DNA from: Pedosphaera sp. | Lineage (GTDB): Bacteria > Verrucomicrobiota > Verrucomicrobiia > Limisphaerales > SIBH01 | Assembly: GCA_031414955.1 (NCBI GenBank) | Contig: JANOQV010000099.1 | Span: 1 to 27,655 of the forward strand | Direction of reading: 5' to 3' | Length of the DNA stretch: 27,655 bases | In this document: piece by piece, positions 1 through 9,167 of the stretch | Layout of the letters: each line of letters begins with the position of its first letter | Position numbering within the stretch: position 1 is the stretch's first letter | Notes under the pieces: model-generated | What the model was told of the DNA's origin: nothing | The model's input: the letters and a program-made list of their open reading frames with translations, nothing else | Databases searched by the model: none | Made by a program: the position numbers and the translations under genes

Positions 1-2213
1 CCGCTGGCCAGCAGGTCGGCGGCCTGCAAGAAGCTGAGGCGCCCGTCGGGTCCAATGGTCAGGCCCACGCGCAAGGTGTCCGGCTGGCCATAGAGGCTGA
101 GGTCAAAGGTGTCACCCGGCCCCAGGGTGAGTTTCTCCTGCCACGGGGCCAAGGGGGCGAGCTTGGGGCCGGAGGTTGCGGCGGGTTCGGCGGCGCTCGC
201 GGCGGGGAGCGCGGCGAGGGTGAGCAGGACAGCGGCGAACCAGGAGCGCAGCCGTGATTGGTTGGGCGCGGCCGGGCCGTGGTTCAGCGCGGCGGCAATG
301 AGTTGGGTGTTCATGTTTCTTAGGTTGAGCAGACATTTCCGAGTGAGAGCGACGTCGGCAATCCCCAGGGCGGAGATCCAGAGGACGTTGGGCATGGTGG
401 AAGCGAGCAGGAGTCCTTCGGCGGTCGAGGCGGGCGGGAGTTCGACCAGGATCAAGGCGTTCTCTTCTTCCTTCCAGGCGGCGAGGGCGTGTTCCCAGGT
501 CCGGCGGAAGGCCGGATGGGAGGCGTTGGGGGCAAAGGAGAGCCGGAGGATCATCTCGTTGGGCGGGTGGGCCTCGGACGGGTTCGCCATGGGGGCAAAC
601 AAATCGCCGGCGATAACGGGCGTTAAATCCGGGCGCGGCTCAGGCGCGGAGGAAGTTGGATCGCCGGTCCTTGGGTCGCCGGTCGCCGAATCGGGCCGGG
701 AGATGACGAGCACGCGATTGCCGCGGCGTCCGCCCGCCTCGGCCAGGAGATTCATCCAGGTGGAGCGGCCTTCACCCGCCGTCGAGGAAGTGACGCCGCA
801 GACGAGGGTGCCGCCCTGGGGCTGGCCGGAGAGTTTCTCCACGGCGGCCAGGGTGGCGGTGGCCCAGCATTCCCGAGCCGGGACGGTGAGTTGTTGGAGC
901 GCATCAAGCCGGGGCAGGAGGGGCAGTTCGGTCGCGTCTTCCAAGGTGGCTTCATCCTCGACCCGGCGACGGCGCGAGGACAAGCGCACCACGAGCACCC
1001 CGGCCAGGGCGCCGACGATGGACGCGAGCGAAGTGGTGCGCGCGGTCTGGGGCGCGTCCCAGGTGCGGGTGAGATGAGTGGGATCAGCCGCGCGCCACAG
1101 TTGCAGCAAGTGGCCGGCGGCCAGGATTTTGGCCTGGAGCAGTTCGTCGCGGCGGCGGCTGAGGAGTTCAAACTCACTTTGGAGGCTGGCGTATTGCATC
1201 TCGCGTCCGGCGAGGGTGCGGGAGGCTCCGCGCGCGGCGGCGGCTTGTTTCTCGAGTTCGAGCCATTCACCTTCGAGCACGGTTCGACGAACGCGCACTT
1301 CGACCAGGCGCAAGCCGGCGGGGGAATCGATCATCCCTTCCGGGGTGGCGGCGGCTTGCTTGTGGAGTGCGGCCAGGGCGGCGCGGAGTTCCTTCACCTT
1401 CTGGTGTTCATCCGTGTAGCGGGTCAGGGCGAGGTTCAACTCCTGCTCGATGTTGCGCACGGCGGGGTTGGCCCGGGCCAGGAGGTGCAAGAGATTGGTT
1501 TCCTCGAGGCGCAGGCTGCCGAGTTGGTTTTGCAACTGGCGCTGGTTCGCAGCGAGACGCGCCGTTTCCTCGGGCACGGTCTGTTCAATCGGACGAGAAC
1601 GCGGAGCGGCGCCGCCGGGGTTCACGGAGGCCAACTGCTGGTTGATCGTCTGGAGGCGGTCCTGCACCCCGGCGAGGCGAAGGTCGAGTTCCTGCCGGTT
1701 GCGGACCGTCCATTCGCCCGCACACTCGATGACCCGGTCCGCAAACGCGTTCGCCAGGTGAACCGTGCGGCTCGGGGTGGTCGAGACCGCAGTCAGAGTG
1801 AGCACGGGGCCGCCTTCAGCAGCCTCCATACGGCAACTCGACGCGAGTTCCGAGGGCGACATGCGCTGGGGAAGCTTCCGCGCCACCTCGGCCAGAGAAG
1901 CGGGCGACGAGGCCAACGAAATAAAATCGCGCGTCCCGGCGGGAGTGGCGAACACGCGCTCGTTCATCACCAGCCGGACCGTGGCGGTGAACGGACGCGA
2001 CAGATAGCTGGCCGCGAAGGCCAGGAGCGCGAACGCCATCCCCGCCAGCAGACCCCAAGCGAGGTAACGACGCCCCAAGTGCGCCCTCCCCTGCCCTCTC
2101 CGGCGGGGTGCGGGCACGGGCGTCGCCGGGCGGATCCCCGCCAGCGGAAGCAGCGGTTCCAGCCCCCGGCTCTGCACTGCCCTCTGGTTTGGATCTGGTC
2201 TCATTTGTTCCAT
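1..2213 (-). CDS. Wzc/GumC-like polysaccharide co-polymerase with degenerate tyrosine-kinase domain, fused in frame to a Wza-type polysaccharide export (Poly_export) domain; 3' end outside window
   Basis: Manual translation from ATG 2213 is open to the window edge (~737 codons). It shows TM1 (YLAWGLLAGMAFALLAFAASYL), coiled coils with 'LTRYTDEHQKVKELRA', TM2, Walker-A-like GVTSSTAGEGRST, Walker-B-like LILVELPP and 'IAAALN', then a hydrophobic segment and 'LTLGPGDTFDLSLYGQPD...IGPDGRLSFLQ'. It is absent from the ORF track because it has no stop in the window. Confidence 0.85.
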   Translation of the reverse strand, partial: MEQMRPDPNQRAVQSRGLEPLLPLAGIRPATPVPAPRRRGQGRAHLGRRYLAWGLLAGMAFALLAFAASYLSRPFTATVRLVMNERVFATPAGTRDFISLASSPASLAEVARKLPQRMSPSELASSCRMEAAEGGPVLTLTAVSTTPSRTVHLANAFADRVIECAGEWTVRNRQELDLRLAGVQDRLQTINQQLASVNPGGAAPRSRPIEQTVPEETARLAANQRQLQNQLGSLRLEETNLLHLLARANPAVRNIEQELNLALTRYTDEHQKVKELRAALAALHKQAAATPEGMIDSPAGLRLVEVRVRRTVLEGEWLELEKQAAAARGASRTLAGREMQYASLQSEFELLSRRRDELLQAKILAAGHLLQLWRAADPTHLTRTWDAPQTARTTSLASIVGALAGVLVVRLSSRRRRVEDEATLEDATELPLLPRLDALQQLTVPARECWATATLAAVEKLSGQPQGGTLVCGVTSSTAGEGRSTWMNLLAEAGGRRGNRVLVISRPDSATGDPRTGDPTSSAPEPRPDLTPVIAGDLFAPMANPSEAHPPNEMILRLSFAPNASHPAFRRTWEHALAAWKEEENALILVELPPASTAEGLLLASTMPNVLWISALGIADVALTRKCLLNLRNMNTQLIAAALNHGPAAPNQSRLRSWFAAVLLTLAALPAASAAEPAATSGPKLAPLAPWQEKLTLGPGDTFDLSLYGQPDTLRVGLTIGPDGRLSFLQAADLLAS

Positions 2214-2396
2214 CTCGTGGTCGAAAGCATTCCTCAGCAAACGGTGGCCTTGAACCGGGCGAGGTCCGAAACCCCGGAAAACAGGCCAAAAGCCATGTTT
2301 TGAGACAGAGTGTCCTCGGTTCGTCCCGCCGCAGGACAGGTCCCTGCCACGGCCATGAGGGAAACACCATGGTACGAGGTATGCAGTAGATATGGC

Positions 2397-2528
2397 ATGT
2401 TCATCACTGTAATAGCACTCATCTGGCTCTCAGTGTCGTTTGCTTTCGTGCTTTCGCTGGCCTTGGCGGCCAAGCGCCCGATGCCGCACGCGCGCACCGA
2501 AGAGTGCCTGCTGGATGAAGCGGCGTAA
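2397..2528 (+). CDS. Small single-pass membrane protein (43 aa)
   Basis: MFITVIALIWLSVSFAFVLSLALAAKRPMPHARTEECLLDEAA: a clean hydrophobic helix followed by KR. It fills the gap between two minus-strand genes and stops 7 nt from the convergent NusG-paralog stop. Confidence 0.55.
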   Translation: MFITVIALIWLSVSFAFVLSLALAAKRPMPHARTEECLLDEAA

Positions 2529-2535
2529 TCGCCCG

Positions 2536-3024
2536 TCATACCAGTTCGATTTCTGAAGCCCCCAGCTTCACAGCGGCGGCCTGTCCGATAAAATCCAGCC
2601 GCAACAAGACCGTTTCGCTTCCAAACCTTTCCTCGACCCACCCTTCCACTCCGGCCAGCGCGCCCGACCTGATCTTGACCCGCGCCCCAGCACCGATCTC
2701 CGGCACCAGCCGTATTTCCAAACCAGATTGGAGCGCGGCCAGAATGTCGGCCAGTTGACGGACGAATTGTGGCTGATCCTGGACCTTGAGGATTCGCGCC
2801 ACGTAATCGCTCTGGGCAATCTTGTTCTCTTCCCCGTCTGCCACCTGGAGGAAAACGTAGCCCGGGAACAATGGCTTCTCGAAGACCACGGTCTTGCCGC
2901 GATACTTGTGACGCGAACTGTAGCAAGGCAGCGTGGTCGCCAGGCCCAGACGGGCGCAGTGCTGCACCAGCTTCTTCTCGCAACGCGGACGGGTATGGGC
3001 AACGGACCATAAGGTGGTGCTCAT
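2536..3024 (-). CDS. NusG-family transcription antiterminator (UpxY/RfaH-like)
   Basis: W-x-V-A-H-T-R-P-R-C-E-K-K N-terminus, PLFPGYVF NGN motif and KOW 'GARVKIRSGALAGVEG'; lies within a polysaccharide locus. Confidence 0.9.
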   Translation of the reverse strand: MSTTLWSVAHTRPRCEKKLVQHCARLGLATTLPCYSSRHKYRGKTVVFEKPLFPGYVFLQVADGEENKIAQSDYVARILKVQDQPQFVRQLADILAALQSGLEIRLVPEIGAGARVKIRSGALAGVEGWVEERFGSETVLLRLDFIGQAAAVKLGASEIELV

Positions 3025-3057
3025 GACGCCGGGGCGATGGCGAGTCCGGAGTTCACA

Positions 3058-4344
3058 TCAGGCCTTCCAGACCTGGCCGTCCGCGCAACGAATGCCGGAC
3101 ATGGCGTTGCGGGTGTCCACAATGCACGAGGCCCACTTGGAGAGTTGCTTGTGGTTCACGGATTTGTGCGCCGTCGAGATGAGCACCAAATCAAACTGGG
3201 CGATGGTTTTCTGATTCCACTTCACGGACTTGGTGCCCGTCCAGTGGCTGTGCTCGCGGGTCGGCAGGATCGTCGGGATGTAAGGATCGTGATAAGAAAC
3301 CTGCGCGCCGCCCGCCGTGAGCAAGTCCATGAGGACGAACGACGGCGACTCGCGCATGTCGTCCACGTCGGCCTTGTAGGCCAGCCCCAACACCAGCACG
3401 CGGCTGCCCTTCAAGGGCTTCTGGCTGGCATTGAGCGCGTCCATCACCCGGCTCACGACATACCTGGGCATGGCCGTGTTAATCTCGCCGGCCAATTCGA
3501 TGAATTTGGTCTGCTGGCCGTACTCGCGGCACTTCCAAGTCAGGTAGAAGGGATCAATCGGGATGCAATGTCCGCCCAGACCCGGACCGGGATAAAATGG
3601 CATGAAGCCAAAGGGCTTGGTCTTGGCCGCATTGATGACCTCCCAGACGTCGATGCCCATGGCGGAATAAACGACCTTGAGTTCGTTGACCAAGGCGATG
3701 TTCACCGAGCGAAAAATGTTCTCCAGCAGTTTCGTGGACTCAGCCGCGCGGCAGGAGGAGACCGGCACCAGGGTCTTGATGGCCCGGCTGTAAATCGCCA
3801 TGGCCTTCTCCAGGCACTTGGGGGTCAGGCCGCCGATCACCTTCGGGATGTGCTGCACCACGCTGCTGGGATTGCCCGGATCCTCGCGCTCGGGTGAAAA
3901 GGCCAGATGGAAATCCTTGCCCGCCACCAAGCCGGAACCCTTCTCCAGGCAGGCCCGCAAATCCTCGTCAGTGGTGCCGGGATACGTCGTGGACTCCAGA
4001 ATGACCACCGTGCCCCGGCGCAAATAAGGCGCGATCATCTCACCCGTGCGCAGGATGTAAGAAATGTCCGGCTCCCGGTTCTTGGTCAGCGGCGTGGGCA
4101 CGCAAATGATGGCTCCATCCACCTCAGCCACTTTGGAAAAATCGGTCGAAGCGGCGAAACGCCCACTGCGGAGTTGTTCGGTGATGCTGGTGGGCGAGAT
4201 GTGCTTGATGTAGCTCTTGCCTTCGTTGAGCGACTCCACCTTCCCCGCATCGATGTCCAGCCCGATCACCTTGGTCGCGCTCCGCGCAAACTGCAACGCC
4301 AGCGGAAGCCCCACATATCCCAATCCAATCACAGCAATCTTCAT
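3058..4344 (-). CDS. Nucleotide sugar dehydrogenase (UDP-GlcNAc 6-dehydrogenase, WbpA/WecC family)
   Basis: MKIAVIGLGYVGLPLA Rossmann start (ATG 4344), ICVPTP, ESTTYPGTT, FSPEREDPG, KLLEN, PGPGLGGHCIPIDP (catalytic Cys), GLAYKADVDDMRESP. Confidence 0.95.
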   Translation of the reverse strand: MKIAVIGLGYVGLPLALQFARSATKVIGLDIDAGKVESLNEGKSYIKHISPTSITEQLRSGRFAASTDFSKVAEVDGAIICVPTPLTKNREPDISYILRTGEMIAPYLRRGTVVILESTTYPGTTDEDLRACLEKGSGLVAGKDFHLAFSPEREDPGNPSSVVQHIPKVIGGLTPKCLEKAMAIYSRAIKTLVPVSSCRAAESTKLLENIFRSVNIALVNELKVVYSAMGIDVWEVINAAKTKPFGFMPFYPGPGLGGHCIPIDPFYLTWKCREYGQQTKFIELAGEINTAMPRYVVSRVMDALNASQKPLKGSRVLVLGLAYKADVDDMRESPSFVLMDLLTAGGAQVSYHDPYIPTILPTREHSHWTGTKSVKWNQKTIAQFDLVLISTAHKSVNHKQLSKWASCIVDTRNAMSGIRCADGQVWKA

Positions 4345-5071
4345 AATCAATTCCAACAAACCAATGTCCAAAAGGTCAAACGGCAATCCAGAGGTCGTCC
4401 CTCACGGATCAATTCACGCACCGAGGCTATAGCCAACTCCTGCGCCTTGGCGCAATCCGTAAAGGTACAGCTCACGGCACTGCATTTCCCCGGTGTGCAA
4501 CATCGGCCGGCGAGCAAAAGCACCAGGGCGGCAGGGGAAATTGAGGGACCAAACTTCACATCAGCGGCCCTTCAGTTTTCCTCGTGCCCGCGTGTCGGAA
4601 GCAAAGTTTTAGGGAGAGGCGGCCGCAAACATTCCCTAAGTTCGCGTTGCCGTTGGAAAAACGGTGGGGAAAGCCCAGAGCGGCTTTGCAATTAGGTTCG
4701 CTGTTTCGACCGAAGACTCCAGAGAGTATTGGGCGCGGATTTCCGACGAGAAAATCGGTTGCCAAGGGTAAGGATGTCCTCCAGATACGCCGATAGTCCA
4801 ATGTCGGTCAGATTAGAGGCGGCGATCACTCGTAGCGCAGAGTCCGAGACAGGCGTAGCGGTCGTCGTGCTGCTTCCATTCCGATGCGGCCATTTTCTAT
4901 CGCAACGCACCATGTGTCGGGCGCTTGACAACGAGGATTCATTTCAGTGAAGAATATCGAACCTCGTTACCATACGCCGCTTGGGCAGCGGGGAACGGTG
5001 TTGATCGGAGATAAAATTGCGCCGCGAGGGCGAATGCAGGGTACCGAGTTGGACGATGACTTAGCTAAGTT

Positions 5072-5779
5072 ATGCTGGACACATTAGATTCTATATTCAC
5101 GGCGTTTACCCATGGAGATTATGGGGTGGCGCCGACGAATTTCCCCGCCATGGCGCTGGGGCTTCTGCTGGCCTTCGCCATGGGACACATCATGGCCTGG
5201 GTTTACATGCTCACCCACTCGGGGCTTTCCTATTCCCGCTCCTTCGTCAACGCGCTGGTGGTCATGCCGATGATTGTGGCCATCGTGATGAACGTGCTGT
5301 CGAACAATCTGGTCACGGCCTTCGGCATGATGGCGGTCTTCGCCATCGTCCGCTTCCGCAACATTCTCCGCGACACGCTGGACACCACCTATATCCTGAC
5401 CGTGCTGGTGATCGGCATGGCTTGCGGCTCGCAGAAATTCACCACCGCCGTCATTGGTTGCGGCTTGATGGCAACTGGCATGCTTTACCTCTGGACCACC
5501 GCTTTTGGCAGCCGTCATCGCTACGATTTGATCGTCAACCTGCATTGGGCGCGCCCTCTAGCGGAGTTGCCAGATCTGGGCCGCACTCTCAACCGCCACA
5601 GTCGCCGGACGCTCTGCGCGAGTCAGCGATCCCACGAAGGTTACGAGGGCACGGACCTTTCCTATCGCCTGCTCATGCGCGATCCTCAGCGCATGGAAGA
5701 AATGTTGACGGAGTTGCGGAGCACCACTGGAGTCTCCCGCGTCACGAGCATGCAGGCGGAAGACGAATCGGAAGTTTAA
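5072..5779 (+). CDS. DUF4956-family membrane protein (MgtC-like N-terminus, ACT-like C-terminus)
   Basis: Motifs 'GLSYSRSFVNAL' and 'AFGMMAVFAIVRFRNILRDTLDT', several TM helices, and a soluble C-terminal beta-alpha domain. Confidence 0.85.
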   Translation: MLDTLDSIFTAFTHGDYGVAPTNFPAMALGLLLAFAMGHIMAWVYMLTHSGLSYSRSFVNALVVMPMIVAIVMNVLSNNLVTAFGMMAVFAIVRFRNILRDTLDTTYILTVLVIGMACGSQKFTTAVIGCGLMATGMLYLWTTAFGSRHRYDLIVNLHWARPLAELPDLGRTLNRHSRRTLCASQRSHEGYEGTDLSYRLLMRDPQRMEEMLTELRSTTGVSRVTSMQAEDESEV

Positions 5780-5780
5780 C

Positions 5781-6857
5781 ATGGACGCACTACCCCCCAT
5801 TCCAACACCCGCTGCTCAACGCTGGCGGGAGTTTCGCATTCAGGCACTGCCCTTGGTGACCTTCATCGCCGTTCTCGCTGGCGTAGTGTCACTCTGGCGG
5901 AATTATGTCCTACCCACCAACGTGGTTGGCGAAGTGGAGACGGTACGGGCCAGCATCATCAGCGCGACGCCAGGAACCCTCCGTCAGCTCAAGGTGACCC
6001 GCTTCCAGCGCGTCAAAGCCGGCGAGGAAATCGCGGTTATCAGCACCATGGATTCGGAATCCGTTCAAGCCACACTACGGACGATTGCCGCCGACCTCAA
6101 GCTCATGCGGGCGCGCATGGAACTCGACATTCTCCGCAACACTCAAGGCTACGAAGCCGCGCGGTTGGAGTATCTGAAGGAACGGGTTGATTTAAACATG
6201 AAGAAGGTAGAGCTGCGCTATCAACAAAGCGAAGCCGATCGCCTACGGAAACTGTTCACCAACAACCCGCCGCTCGTGGATCAGACCAAGTATGAAATCG
6301 CGCTCAGTCTGGCTGAGTCTACCGCCACGAACATTCTGGAAGGAGAAACCTACCTCGCCGAACGGGAGAAAAGCCTGCCCAAGCAAGTTCCAACCAGCCA
6401 GTTGGCGGAAGACGCGGTGCTGGAAAACATCAAGGCCCAGGAAGATTTGCTCCGTGTGACCAGCGAGACGGTGTCCTTGAAGTCCCCCATCGACGGTATG
6501 GTAAGTTCGGTCACTTTCCTCGAGGGCCAGAAGGTGGTGGAAAATTCCCCCATCGTCATGATCAGTGCCGTGCAGGCCACGCGGATCATCGGCTACGTGC
6601 GCAAGCCGTTCAGTTCCGTGCCCAAGGCCGGTGACATCGTGCAAATCCGCCGCCAGTCCTTCAAACGTGAGATCGTGGACTCAACTGTGCTGGATGTCAG
6701 CGGGCAGCTCGAACCCATCGCGCTCACGCTGGTGGCACCGACCACCGCCGCCAAGATTGCAGATTTGGGCCTGCCCTTTGTCGTGGCCATTCCCGCTGAT
6801 TTGGTACTCATTCCCGGTGAGCCGGTGGATTTGATTTTCAAGCCACAGCGCCGTTGA
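5781..6857 (+). CDS. HlyD-family periplasmic adaptor / membrane fusion protein
   Basis: N-terminal TM, lipoyl half motifs 'PGTLRQLKVTRFQRVKAGEEIA' and 'LKSPIDGMVSSV..EGQKV', a coiled-coil hairpin and C-terminal 'LIPGEPVDL'; starts 1 nt after the DUF4956 stop. Confidence 0.85.
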   Translation: MDALPPIPTPAAQRWREFRIQALPLVTFIAVLAGVVSLWRNYVLPTNVVGEVETVRASIISATPGTLRQLKVTRFQRVKAGEEIAVISTMDSESVQATLRTIAADLKLMRARMELDILRNTQGYEAARLEYLKERVDLNMKKVELRYQQSEADRLRKLFTNNPPLVDQTKYEIALSLAESTATNILEGETYLAEREKSLPKQVPTSQLAEDAVLENIKAQEDLLRVTSETVSLKSPIDGMVSSVTFLEGQKVVENSPIVMISAVQATRIIGYVRKPFSSVPKAGDIVQIRRQSFKREIVDSTVLDVSGQLEPIALTLVAPTTAAKIADLGLPFVVAIPADLVLIPGEPVDLIFKPQRR

Positions 6858-6880
6858 GCTTCATTTCGGAAAAGTTTTGC

Positions 6881-6913
6881 AAGGCACTCGTCCACCGGGT
6901 GCCTTTTTTCTTT
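6881..6913 (+). terminator. Rho-independent terminator
   Basis: Stem aaggcactcg / cgggtgcctt with a 5-nt loop, followed by a T-rich tract, ~25 nt after the HlyD stop. Confidence 0.65.
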
Positions 6914-6962
6914 CCGCCCCGGGGTGAAGCCGCCATCTTCGCCCCAGACCAAACAGGCAGCC

Positions 6963-8981
6963 ATGATGACGGCAAAACTTTCTCATCTCGCGTACGGCGG
7001 CGACTATAATCCCGAGCAATGGCCCGAGAGCGTGTGGACGGAAGACGCGCAGTTGATGAAGCGGGCCGGCGTCAACCTGGTCACCGTCGGCGTTTTCAGT
7101 TGGGCTAAACTCCAACCCGGCCCAGATCATTTCACCCTTGAGTGGCTCGGTCGCGTGCTCGACCTCCTGCAGGCCCATGAAATCCTCGTCGTTCTCGCCA
7201 CCGCCACCGCATCGCCGCCACCGTGGTTCACCAAGCTCCACCCAGACTCCCTGCCGGTGAACGCCGACGGCACCCGCCACTCGGCTGGATCGCGCCAGCA
7301 TTATTGCCCGAACAATGGCGCCTATCGCCGGTGTTCGGCAGAACTGGCGCGGCAACTGGCGCGGCGATTCGGGAGTCACCCCGCCCTGGCTCTGTGGCAT
7401 GTGAACAACGAATATGGCGCGCACGTCGGCGCCTGCTACTGCGACCATTGCGCCGAAAAGTTTCGACTCTGGCTGCAGCGAAAGTATCAAACCCTCGCCC
7501 AACTTAACGACCACTGGGGTTCGACCGCCTGGAGCCAGTGTTATTCCGCCTGGGATGAAATCCAGCCACCGCGACTCGCCCCGACCTTCATCAATCCCGC
7601 CCAGCAACTCGACTACCGCCGCTTCATGAGCGACTCGCTGCTGGCCTGCTTCCTGAATGAGAAGGAGGTGCTGCGCGAACTCACCCCGGACATTCCTGTC
7701 ACCACGAATTTCTCCGGCGAACACGGTCTGGCGCGGGCCACTGACTATTTCGAGTGGGCGAAGCATGTCGATATCATCGCCTTCAATTCCTGCCCCGATC
7801 CGCTCGACGCCGATCCGGCGGACATCGCCTTCACTTGTGATCTCCAACGCGGCCTTGGCGGCGGCAAGCCCTGGCTGCTCATGGAACAGCCGCCTTCACA
7901 GGTGAGCTGGCGCGCGCACAACGCCGTAAAACGTCCCGGCCAGATGCGGCTCTGGAGTTATCAAGCCGTGGCCCACGGCTCGGACGGCGTGATGTTCTTC
8001 CAATGGCGGGCCGCGCAGGCTGGCGCGGAAAAATTCCACAGCGCCATGCTCCCGCACGGCGGCATCGAGACCCGCACTTTCCGCGAAGTCGAGCAACTCG
8101 GGGCTGAGTTAATCAAACTTCAAGCCGTGCGCGGAGCAGTCACGCGCGCGGAAGTTGCGCTGATGGTGGACTGGGAAAACATGTGGGCGGTGGAGGCCGA
8201 CTCGAAGCCCGGACGCATCAACTATTCGGAACTGGTCCGCAGTTATTACCGCGCGCTCTTCGAGCCGGACGTGCCCATCGACATCATCTCCCCGCAGACC
8301 GACCTGACCGGCTACAAACTCGTCCTCGCCCCGGCCCTCTACCTCGTCCATCCGCAAGTCGCGGAACGGCTCGCGGAATTCGTGGACCACGGGGGCACGC
8401 TGGTCATGACATTCTTCAGCGGCATCGTGGACGCAAGCGAACGCATTCTGCCCGGAGGCCATCCGGGGCCATTTCGTAAACTGCTTGGCCTGCGGGTTGA
8501 GGAATTCGACGCTTTCGGCCATCAAATCCGCCACCTCAAGACGCCCTTGCGAGGCGCACGCTGCACCCTATGGGCAGACGTCATTCACCTGGAAAGCGCG
8601 GAGGCGGTCGCGACTTTCACGGAGGATTTCTACGCGCATCAGCCGGCCATCACTCGCAACGCCGTCGGCCACGGCCTGGCCTACTACATCGGCACCCAGC
8701 CCGAGCCATCCTTCCTGCGATCTTTTCTAGCCGAGTTGTGCGTGAACTGTGGAGTGCGACCGCCCATGCGCGTTCCCTCGGGCGTGGAAGTCACCACGCG
8801 CTCCAACGAGCACGGTGACTTTCTCTTCCTTCTGAACCACACCACCACGATCCAGTTTGTGGACATAGGACTGCGGGCACGACTGGATTTGCTGACGGGC
8901 GAGTGGCTCCAAGGGCAATGCCAGATTGGGGGCCGCGATGTTCGAATCTTGCAACTGACCGGATCGCCAGTTGAGGAGTGA
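6963..8981 (+). CDS. Beta-galactosidase, glycoside hydrolase family 42
   Basis: YGGDYNPEQWP, WHVNNEY (acid/base Glu), CYCDHC Zn motif, WLLMEQ (nucleophile), FFQWR, EKFHSAMLPH and a trimerisation domain. ATG 6963 is preferred over GTG 6924. Confidence 0.95.
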   Translation: MMTAKLSHLAYGGDYNPEQWPESVWTEDAQLMKRAGVNLVTVGVFSWAKLQPGPDHFTLEWLGRVLDLLQAHEILVVLATATASPPPWFTKLHPDSLPVNADGTRHSAGSRQHYCPNNGAYRRCSAELARQLARRFGSHPALALWHVNNEYGAHVGACYCDHCAEKFRLWLQRKYQTLAQLNDHWGSTAWSQCYSAWDEIQPPRLAPTFINPAQQLDYRRFMSDSLLACFLNEKEVLRELTPDIPVTTNFSGEHGLARATDYFEWAKHVDIIAFNSCPDPLDADPADIAFTCDLQRGLGGGKPWLLMEQPPSQVSWRAHNAVKRPGQMRLWSYQAVAHGSDGVMFFQWRAAQAGAEKFHSAMLPHGGIETRTFREVEQLGAELIKLQAVRGAVTRAEVALMVDWENMWAVEADSKPGRINYSELVRSYYRALFEPDVPIDIISPQTDLTGYKLVLAPALYLVHPQVAERLAEFVDHGGTLVMTFFSGIVDASERILPGGHPGPFRKLLGLRVEEFDAFGHQIRHLKTPLRGARCTLWADVIHLESAEAVATFTEDFYAHQPAITRNAVGHGLAYYIGTQPEPSFLRSFLAELCVNCGVRPPMRVPSGVEVTTRSNEHGDFLFLLNHTTTIQFVDIGLRARLDLLTGEWLQGQCQIGGRDVRILQLTGSPVEE

Positions 8982-8983
8982 AG

Positions 8984-9059
8984 TGGTGGCTGGGGGCGGA
9001 ATCGAACCGCCGACACGCGGATTTTCAATCCGCTGCTCTACCAACTGAGCTACCCAGCC
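8984..9059 (-). tRNA. tRNA-Phe (GAA)
   Basis: Reverse complement GGCTGGGTAGCTCAGTTGGTAGAGCAGCGGATTGAAAATCCGCGTGTCGGCGGTTCGATTCCGCCCCCAGCCACCA: 76 nt, cloverleaf, anticodon GAA, encoded CCA. Confidence 0.97.
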
Positions 9060-9167
9060 GCCGTAAAGAGCGGTAATTGATAGGGGCTAAAACCGTTTTC
9101 GCAAGGGATTTCCTGCTGCAATGCGCAGGCGGATTGTTATCTTCCCGCCGCACCAACAATTCGACCC

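Noticed and set aside
1..314. Independent wza gene starting at ATG 314
   Set aside because: It is in frame with the upstream Wzc with no intervening stop, and the Met lies within the kinase-fold terminal strand. An internal start cannot be fully excluded.
109..2303. Long plus-strand ORFs 109-1077 and 891-2303
   Set aside because: They are antisense shadows of the wzc-wza gene in high-GC DNA and show no recognisable motifs.
4925..4955. TTGACA promoter for DUF4956
   Set aside because: The best -10 (AAGAAT) is at 19-nt spacing; too weak to call.
8984..9059. tRNA-Phe as an integration site for the island
   Set aside because: No integrase and no duplicated tRNA 3' end were seen, and the tRNA 3' end faces away from the island.
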